Source of the DNA: Paecilomyces variotii
Lineage: Eukaryota
Length of the DNA stretch: 64,000 nt
Reading direction: 5' to 3' (one strand)
Assembly (NCBI GenBank): GCA_004022145.1
Contig: RCNU01000007.1
The position numbers and the translations under genes are program-made. Below are positions 54,201 to 64,000 of this stretch, in pieces. A model generated the notes under the pieces. It saw only the letters and a list, made by a program, of their open reading frames with translations, was not told where the DNA came from and ran no database searches. The stretch's first letter is position 1; each line of letters starts with the position of its first letter.

Positions 54201-56050
54201 GCTTAAAATAAAGTTTGCGGTCTTTTCTCTAATAAATAAGCTTTTAATTTAAGAGGCTTTTTAAATTTAAGTAGTAGAATTAAATATAATTAGGAGCCTA
54301 GTAGAAGTTATATAAGTTTAAAAGTATTTTAAATTCTTTAGTTAGGTTAAATTCTAAAGGTATCTTAGCTTATATATTTATACTAGTATTAGGTATATTA
54401 TTATTAGGCCTCCCTATATACTATATATTATATAGTTTTAATTTCTTAAACTCTTTTATTAATTAATTAATCTATAACTATTTTATTAACTTTATTTTAA
54501 TATTTTATTATTTAGTCCTATTTTTATTCTTATCTAGGTAGGTTTTATTAAGTTTAATAAGAAGTTATATATTATCTTTTTTAGTTACTTTCTTTTTTAT
54601 TAAAGCTATTATATCTTAATCTTTCTCTAGTTTACCGCTATTAAGGTAGTAAAGGATTTTAGTTATTTTTACCCTATCTATTACCTCCTTATAGAAATTA
54701 GTATATTTAATAATAGATAGAGTATAGTAGTTTATATTTAATTCCTAAACTATTTACTGCTTAAGCTTTTTTAAAAGTTCTTAAAGATATTAAACTCTTT
54801 ATAAGTATTAGCTTAACTTACCTAAAGTTACTAGTGCTTCTAATATAGCTTAATATTTTTAATTATATTTCTTTAAGTCCTTAGAGCTATTATATTTTAT
54901 ATTTTTAAACCTTTTTAGCTATTAGATATTATATTTCTTTTAGTATTTATTATAATAAGCGTACTTTTATTTAATTGCTTCTGCTAATTTTAAATAATTC
55001 TTCTCTTTATATTTAGGTTAAGTATTTATTTATAATAATACTAATGGGCTATAATAGTCTATAAACTATTTAATTTTTTTCTCTTCTAGAAGTTAATTTG
55101 CTTTATATAGCCTTTTAAAAAGCCTTAGATAATAAATAATATTATTCCCTTTAAAATATAATGCCCTAGGATTTCTAGGTATTAGTATCTATAAAGCTAA
55201 TATAACTTAAATTAGCTACGCTATTAGTAGTCCTATATTTTTAAATGCCTAAGCTATTTATATCTCTAGACTTAATAATATTAAGGAATTAAGAGTTTTT
55301 CTATCTTAACTAATGCTAAAAAGATTAGTGCTTTTCTTTATATTTTTTTAAAGGAATAGTAATAAAGATAATAATAAGAAATTCTTCTATTTTTTAATAA
55401 ATAGTTCTTATTTAATAATTTCTTATTTTTTTTAAATTTCTATTTCCCTTTTATACTTATTAAGCTCTTCCTTATATTTAGCAGTTTTTTCTTTTTCTTA
55501 TTATTAATATATATTTTTGCCCTATATTATATTTACTGTCTCTACTAATTTAAGAGATATATTTATCTCTTTTTATTTATAATAATAATCTTCTTTAGTT
55601 ATTTTACTTATCTTTTTACTATTTTTTATCTTTTTCCTTAGCTTTAGTCTTAATCTTAGCTTCTAGTTTTTTTTTTTTTTTATTTTTACTTAATATTTTA
55701 ATACCCTCTATATTTAGCTTTAATTTATTATAAGAAGATATATTAAGACTTAGTATAAAGTTTTTAAGCAAGTAGGTATTAAGAAGGAAGAGAAAGATAT
55801 TTAGCTTTAGGGCTTAGAATAGAGCTAGAGAAGAAGCTCTAGCTATAAACTAATATAGTAAACTAATAATAATCTAATACTAAACTAATATTGAATAATA
55901 ATAGAAAAAAAAAGCTAATTATTTTATTTTAAATAATTAAAAGGTATTATCTCTTTGCTATTTTTCCTCCTCTCCTGCTTTATTTATAGACTTTTTAAAG
56001 ACTTTAAGTAAAAGCATATAACCCCTTAACTAATTACATTCTTTATACCA
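51262..56050 (-). mobile_element. Ty3/Gypsy relic of a second family (gag-PR-RT-partial RNase H), truncated at 51262
   Basis: Minus-strand de-RIP readings: NLPPSADEFSEEF...DLFSGYDQ (~52160-52065), LPQGWTNS (~51995-51970), FLDDVPIKGPKT (~51902-51867), RNase H TDA...ARYESGVW...ERRY (~51410-51285). Right boundary and LTR uncertain. Confidence 0.8.
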
Positions 56051-59000
56051 ATCCTCTCTACTATAGTATAGGTTTATAGAAAAGATAATATTTAAAATAT
56101 TTAATAATTACTTTATTAACTATTTATTATTTAAAGATATATAGTAAATTATCTTTTCTAATAATTTATTATAGATTTTATTTTATTAAGATTAATTAAA
56201 AGAGCTTTATAATTCTACTTAAGTAGCTAAAGATTTATTATAATATTATATAATATTTAGAAGATTAAGTTTATATAAAATTACTGCTATAATTTATAGT
56301 CTAATAATATTAATATATTATTTTCTTATAGTCTATATTAAATATTAGAGATTATACTGCTTAATGCTATTATATTACTTAATCTTATCTCCTTATTAAA
56401 TAAGAAACTATAATCTTTAATTAATTAGTCTAAAATAAAAGTAGAAGATAAACTATAAAATTAATTTATTATTATATATCTGCAGACTTTCTTATAAAGA
56501 AATTTAAATTCTTTATAAAAAAAAATATCTATAATAAAGTTATTATACTTTAACTTAATATTTCTCTTAAAGTTATATAGATAGAAGAATAATTATATAT
56601 TAAACTATTATAAATCCTGTTTAATCTCTATATAAAATAAGAATTAAGTCTACTATATCTAATAGAAAATTTATTAAAATTAAGCCTATTATATTATTAT
56701 AATTACTATTAATTTAATATTTAATAATTTCTAAGATTAAGAAATATTATAGCCTATTAATTTATTATAAGTTTTAAATAATAATATAATATAATATGCT
56801 AAAATATATACTTAGGGATAGCTTAGATATATATAGTCTATTTCTAAGATATTCTTTCCTCTATATATTATAATATATTATATAAAATATTAGTCTTAAA
56901 TAAGTTAGAAGTATTATTTATATAATAAATAAGGTAGAATATTATTTAAATCTGCTTAATATTTTAAATTCTAATAATAAAAGGTTACTATAGTTAATAA
57001 TAGTAGATTAATATCTAATTAAGTAATTACTTAGCTAAGTATATTAATAAAATAAAAATAGTTAAGATAAAAGGTTTTTTAAAGATTTTAGGCTTTATTA
57101 AGATAATTTAAACTAAGGCTATTATATTCTTTAATCCTGCTTTTAAAATTAATATAATACTGCTAATATAATATATTATATATATATTTAAAACTAAAAT
57201 TTAATATAAGAATCTTTTAAATAAATTCTAGTGCTAAGAATATAGATATAGCTAATTAAAGCTAAATAGTTTATTTAAAAATATAGGAGAATATACTGCT
57301 TAATAATATAATACTATTATTATTAACTAAATTAATTATAATATTTAAAAGATTATTATTAAATTCTAAGTTTTTTACTATATATATATAGCCTAGATTT
57401 ATATTACTAAGAGTATTATTAAATAATAAAAGATTAAAATCTATAATACTATTATTATTATTTACTAATTTATTATTAAGACTATATATATTCTATTTAT
57501 TAATTATCTTAAAATCGCCTTATAAATAAGAGCTATTATACTTATTATCTTTATTTAATAAAGATTAAATAGTAGCTTTATTTAGTATTAATTATAAATT
57601 GCTTTAATATCTTACTATTAGTATAGTTTTAGACTTTATAATTTATAGAGTATTCTCTATTACTTTTACTAATTAATTTATATAAATTAATATATTTTTT
57701 TAGTAATCTTAAATTATTTATAACTTAAATATTTAATCTTAGGGAGTATTTAATATTATCTCTACTAATTAATTTATATAAATTAAAATATTCTTTTAGT
57801 AATTTTAAATTATTTATAGTTTAATTATTTAGTCCTAGAGAGTATTCTTAATTATCTCTATTAATTAATATATAGGATTTAAAGTATTTTAGTAATAATT
57901 TTAGTTTATTTAAAAGTTAATTACTTTAGTATTACTGCTAAATAATAGAATATATAGAATATATCTTATTATTAAGGGTTAAGTATAAATAAGTAATAGT
58001 AGTTCTAATAATTTAAAATATATTTAAGACTATTTATTATAAGATTTTATATAGTCTCTATTCTTAAATTAGGCTTATTTATATTAACTATTAGTTAAAG
58101 AATTAATTAATATACTATTAGATAAAATAGAATTATTACTAATAGAATTACTTAAATAATTAAAATACTTTAATAGAGAGAATTATTACTTATTTCTTTT
58201 AAGGCATTTAAGAGATATTTTTATTAATAAGATTTACTTATTATTATAGTAAGAAACTTTTTATAGCTATAATTTAAAAATAAAATTAAGTTTATATATT
58301 TTTTTATTTTATTATAATAGTATAATTTAGTTTACTATAATAAGGATTATCTAGATTAATTATATGCTTAATACTCTTAAGTTCTCTTATAAGAGAGTTT
58401 TAATTATTATAGAGGTTTAATTATATATTAATTATAATTTAACTTAGTAGGTATTTTAATAATATATATATCTATATCTATATATATATATATATATATA
58501 TTTATCTATAAGTATTTAGATATTTTTATAATAATTACTAATCTCTTTATTTAAGAATAATATTCTTTAAGGCAAGATATATATAAGTACCTTATTCTTA
58601 CTTATAAAAAATAAATAGTTTATAAAATAAGAAACTAAACTTTTAAATAAGTTAAGATCTTTATAATCTATAGTTAATATTTAATTATAAAAGATTTTTT
58701 TATTTCTTAGCAGAATACTTTTTATAATAATACTAGTATTTCTTAATAAAATCCTTAATTAATACCCTAAGAATTAATTAATACTTCTCCTTACTTATAT
58801 AATTATTAAGTAATTACTCTTTATTAATAATTATATATATAAGACTATTATAAAGTTATTTATAAAAGAATAATTAATTTAACCTAATAATAAACTAAAT
58901 ATTAAAGTTTAAATAAGCAGTTATTATACTATTAGTAATATATATTAATATAATTATTAAGCAGAAGCTATTTAGCTAATTTCTAAGACTTTTATACTAG

Positions 59001-60194
59001 AATAAGGCAGTAATAGTTAATTAAATAAGGTTTAATAAATAACGCTATAGTAGTAATAAGAATTAACTAATATAATTACTATTATTAATAGAGCTTTCTG
59101 CTAATAATATCTTATAGAGATTACTCTAAAATTCTATTATATAGTTAATATAGAATTAAATAACTTTTTTTTAGAATTTAAGGGCTTTAGCCTCTAGTTT
59201 AGTCTCTATTCTAGAGAATTAAAGGAGACTATAAAATAGCTAATAAAATAATAGCTTATTAGTAAATTATTAAATAATATAAATCTTAATACTATATTAT
59301 ACTATAATATAGAAGAGTAATAATTAATAATATAGGCTATAATAATTAATCTTATAAAGAATTTATTTAAAACTCTTTTAGATTAAGTATATAGATAAAT
59401 ATTTTATAGCCTTTTAATATTAGTCCTTTAAAAAGAATTAAAAGAAGCTTAATTATTATTCTTTAGTTATAAAATAGAAATAAGTCTAGATTTATTATTC
59501 TTAATCTTAATTATTCTTATAATTTTTTTATAATTTCTTAATTTACTACTAATTATCTAATATAATTTAATAAGCCTTTAAATCCTTAAGATAGTAAAGG
59601 ATTATAGTAAAGGCTATTAGCTAATCCTACTAATACTATTATATTATTAATATATTAACTCTCTCTAAAGAGAATTTAAAGGTACTTATTAATTTAATAT
59701 AAGACTCCTTTAATTAAGTAAATATAGTTAGTTAGAAAAGTTAGTATTTAATTATTATTAAATACTAGCTATTATAAAAATTATAGTAAGATTTATTTTA
59801 TTAAAGACTAATAAATTAATTTATTAAAAATTTATTATAGTTATTTAATTAAAAGATTTTAAGAATCTTATATTAAACTAACTAATAACTATTATAATAA
59901 ATGCAGTTAGCAAGATTTAAGTTATACTTAATATAATATATAAAGTAAATCTATTAATCTCTATTATTATTAAAAAAAGCAAATAAATAGTAATTATTAT
60001 ATAGTTACTAATTAATTTAATAAAGAAAAGTATTTATTATTATATATATTCTTTATTAAAGGATTTTTATTTTACTTTAAGAGATATTATAGAGAGTTAT
60101 CTTACTAATATTATAAATATTATATGTTTATTAAAAATCTAGACTATTATTTAATAAATTCCTATAATTAATAAGAAATTCTTATAATATTACT
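56050..60194. other. Very heavily RIP-degraded, unidentified repeat relic(s)
   Basis: Extreme AT content and TpA bias; no recognisable motifs; includes a three-unit 96-bp repeat (57648-57930) and a TA tract. Confidence 0.45.
58463..58501. repeat. (TA)n microsatellite
   Basis: Imperfect TA run, directly visible. Confidence 0.8.
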
Positions 60195-62748
60195 TATTAA
60201 GGTGCGGGCTTAGGAAGCGGGTTAGAATAAATAGAATAAGGTAGTTAATACTAGGACTAGCTATAAGATCTTTATCTAGCTAATTTAGACTAAAATGGGC
60301 TATTACAGGCAGGCTTAGTAAATAAGATATAGCTTAAGGAACTTAAATTCAGATTAAGCTATATATTAAAGATATCTTTATGAGATTATATAACTTTTTA
60401 TATAATCCCCTATATTAGTATTATAATAATACTCTCTTCCTTAAGATTAAGCTTTATTAAGATTATTCTTAGGCTTTAGTTTATTTAGATAGTAGTAATA
60501 AAAATTTATAATAATTTCCTAGGCATATTATAAGTAATATATAGGCTTTTTAATTAGGTTATTATAATTTAACTATTTAATAATATATTATAATTAAAAG
60601 CCTTTATATCTATAATATTTTTATTAGGAGTTTAGAATATTTTTAATAACTTATTCCTTAAGGCTATTAACTTTAATAAGTAGTAATAAAGATTATCTCT
60701 ATTTAGGTATAGGGTCTTTAATAATAAGGCAAAGCAGGCTAATATTAAATATAAAATAAATATATATTAAGGTAGGTAAATTAAGCTAGTAAGTATATAA
60801 GTTAATAACCTTAATAATATAGAATAGGCTAAGATTCTTTTAGTTAAGTTTCTTCTAAAAGCGCTAAGTATAAATATTCTAAGTATTTAATTAAACAGAC
60901 TATTTTATATAATAGCGGCGGGCTAAGATTTAGTAATAATTAGTCTACTCTTTATAATAGGCTTAAGCAATATAAATCTAGGTATAGATATAATCTATAA
61001 TATCTTATATCTTTTTAGTAAAGGCTTTAGCATCTTTAATAATAGGCTAGTTTATATATTAGATAGGCTTAAATCCTATATATAGATAGAATTTATAGTT
61101 AATAAAAAAAGATAATACTCTAATAATCTTAGAATAATAAGAGTTTAACATAAACTTAATTAGAGATAGCTAATTAATCTAATTATCTTATAAATAGCTA
61201 ATATAGGCATATAGATATTATTCTAGGATAATATTTATTCTCTTAGTCTAATTATTAGTCTTAAGATAATAAGCAGTAAATAATAGGTTTATAATATTTA
61301 AATATTAGGTTAAGTATTTTTAGAAAGTAATAATAAACTAAGGGCTTTAATTAAATATTATAATCTTTAGTAATCTATAAAGCTTCTATATATAATAAAT
61401 ATATAATTATATTACTTCTTTAATATTACAGATAGCTTAGTAAAAAATAAAATATTTTATCTTTATAAGTTAGTCTATAATAACTAATATAATATTATAA
61501 CCTTAGCAAGGTATAAATTTAATAATAAAATCTATTAAGATATCTTACTAAGAATATTTAAGAATAGGGAGCTAATATAAGATTTTTTAATAACCTTTAT
61601 TTAAGAGTATAATATAATAATAAATATAGTAATTCTAGGTCTAGCAATTTATATATTAATATATATTTAGCTAGTAATACTCTTATAAAATTAGATTATA
61701 AAGCTTATATTTTCTAGGATATTTAAGTATATATTTATTATAGCATTCTTATAATAGGCGGGCTTTTAGCTTATTATAATTAAAAATATATAGATAGTCT
61801 TTATAATATAGATATCTTCCTCTTTATTAATAATTAGCTAATATAATCTTAGAGTAATAATTAGCTTTATAATCTAAGACTTATAGGATAAACTATATTA
61901 AATTATTAAATAGATAAGCTATATCTAATAGGTCTTTAATACTAGGCAGATATTTTAGTTTATTAGGCATAGCAGGGGAATTTAACTAATCTTACTTAAT
62001 AGGCTAGGCTATTTTTTTAATAGGCTAAATAGTCTTTTTAATAGACTAAATTATTTTCTTAATAAATTAAATAATTTTAATAGATTAGTTAGGCGGCAAG
62101 GTAGACTAGACAGATTTTTTAAGCTAAATAGATTAATTTCTTAAAATAAGTTAGGTAAGTATTTTTATAAGTTTAATAAGATTTCTAGCTTTTTAAGCTA
62201 TCAGATTAGTAAAGTAAATATACCTTACTATTTAATTCTTAATAATAGCTTCTAGTTTTAGAGATCTCTAAATCTATAGGTTAAGGTTCTCTTTCTTTAG
62301 AACTATCTAGCTCTAATACTATAGCTATTTATCCCCCTTTTTAAGGAAATTCTCTAACCTCCTAGTTAGAATATTAGGCTTTATTCCTTATTTACTGGGT
62401 TAGTATATAATTCAGAAGTTAAACTAGGATAAAAACTTAGATTAATAAGCCTATTACTAGTTTAGCAGCTTAATTAATATAAAATATTTTAAATTATAAT
62501 AGTTTATAATAACTTTAATTAGTAATAGTATACCTTTAAGCTTAAAATACTATTCCTTAAAGCAGTAGATAATTGCTAGCAGTTCTTTATTATAAATCTT
62601 ATAATTATACTCTATAGTAAAGAGCTTCTTTAAAAAAAATATAATAAAATATAGGATTCCTTTATTATTATATTAAGATATAACTTTAGCTAATATATAG
62701 TTAGATAAGTTAGTTTTAATTATAACCTCGCGGGTCTAGTTAAATAGC
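60195..62748 (-). mobile_element. 3' part of the chromovirus family (3' LTR, chromodomain, integrase, RNase H), minus strand
   Basis: Reverse complement of ~41655-44229; 234-bp LTR at 60195-60428, followed on the + strand by the complement of the polypurine tract; interrupted at 62749. Confidence 0.9.
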
Positions 62749-64000
62749 TGTTATAGTATTAGCATAGGGGATTATATAAGGAGTTATATAATCTCGCGAA
62801 GATATCTTCAACGCACAGCTTAATCTAAATTTAAGCTCCTTAAGCTATATCTTATTTACTGAGCCTACTTATAATAGCCCGTTCTAGTCTAAATTAGCTA
62901 AATAAAAATCCTATAATTAGTCCTAGTATTAACTACCTTATTTTATTTATTCTAACCTGCCTCCTAAGCCTATATTTTAATACTATATAGCTTCTATCTA
63001 GGAGTTAATACTATTAATAATATTTACCCTAATTCCTCTATTCCTGCTAATAATTCTAGGAGAGTTTATTAAGCATATTATTGCTAGCTATAAGCTAGAA
63101 TAATATAATTACTATTACCTAATATATAAATATATTAATAAAACTAAGACTACTATAAATAAAATAAATTATTAAACTAAGGTACGCTTCTAAGAGCTTT
63201 AGCAAGAATTTACCGCTATTTAATAAAAACTTAAATAAAAAATTACTAAACTTAAGGCCGTTTAATAATATTAAAAAACCTAGCTCTAAAAAAAAAAATA
63301 ACAATATATCTAGGCTATTTTTAAAAGAGATTAGGCTTATTATATAGTTATACTTACTATAAATACGCCTCTATTTATACCTAAACCTAAGTCTAATATT
63401 AAAAGGCCTGCAGCTGCTTTAATAGAAATATTTAAAATATCTATTATTATACCTTCCTCTGCCCCTAGACTTTTAAAAAAATTCCTTAACTTAAATAAGT
63501 TTAAAGGCGATTAAAAAGACCTTTAGCATTTTATAGCCTAGATTTAAGAGAAAATAATAATTAACTAAGACTAATTCTTAACTTCCCAAAGCTATATAGC
63601 CTATATAACTAATCGCTTAAAGGATATACCCTATACCTAAGTATTACTATATATTAGAGATAAGACTTATATTCTTAATAACTACTAAAAGATTCTAAAT
63701 ATCCTAGAATATATATTTAATAATCCTAATTATATAAATAATATATATAATAAACTATTTAACCTCTATTAAATTAATAAGGAATTTAAAATCTTCTTTG
63801 CTAAATTCTAGCGCCTAGCATTAAAAGGAGAAATACCTAAAAAAACATTATCTACCTTACTTAAGCAAGCTATTAATTAAGAACTTTAAGGAATATTATT
63901 ATATAATTAACCCCTAAATTATAAATATTACTAGTTTGCTAAATTCCTATAAAACCTTAAGAACTATTACTGCTAATATACTATAAACTAGCCCTCTATT
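62749..64000 (+). mobile_element. 5' part of another chromovirus copy (5' LTR 62749-62982, leader and gag), running off the window
   Basis: Begins with an intact TG (tgttatagt); colinear with 38287-39560. Confidence 0.9.

Noticed and set aside
63119-63304. Supplied 61-aa minus-strand ORF
   Set aside because: It is antisense to the leader/gag start of a RIPped Gypsy; the F/L/I-rich composition is an AT-bias artefact.
1-64000. Organellar or AT-rich bacterial origin
   Set aside because: No rRNA, tRNA or long ORFs were seen; the dinucleotide-specific transitions and Gypsy elements indicate RIPped fungal nuclear DNA.

Overview
This window is extremely AT-rich DNA carrying the signature of fungal repeat-induced point mutation (RIP): TpA is everywhere, CpA/TpG are nearly absent, and paralogous copies differ almost only by C>T/G>A. 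I found no intact gene. Positions 1-51261 consist of five head-to-tail copies of one unclassified large element (at least 19.7 kb). All five end in the same right terminus (...GGGGAAGTTYACTTATATAYRTRATTTTRCCTTATAGA, which is 5'-TCTATAAGG on the minus strand), but their left ends differ: <1-17950, 17951-19696, 19697-45387, 45388-47363 and 47364-51261. The element carries a large, frame-preserved but RIP-destroyed ORF whose motif order resembles rolling-circle initiators, a minus-strand repeat-protein relic, a subterminal 87-bp array holding a captured Gypsy LTR+gag fragment, and a hairpin-rich terminus. A full-length chromodomain Ty3/Gypsy element (38287-44229, 5-bp TSD) sits in copy 3. To the right are a truncated minus-strand Gypsy of another family, an unreadable older relic, and two more copies of the chromovirus nested in opposite orientations. 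All protein readings are manual de-RIP reconstructions and need computational confirmation.
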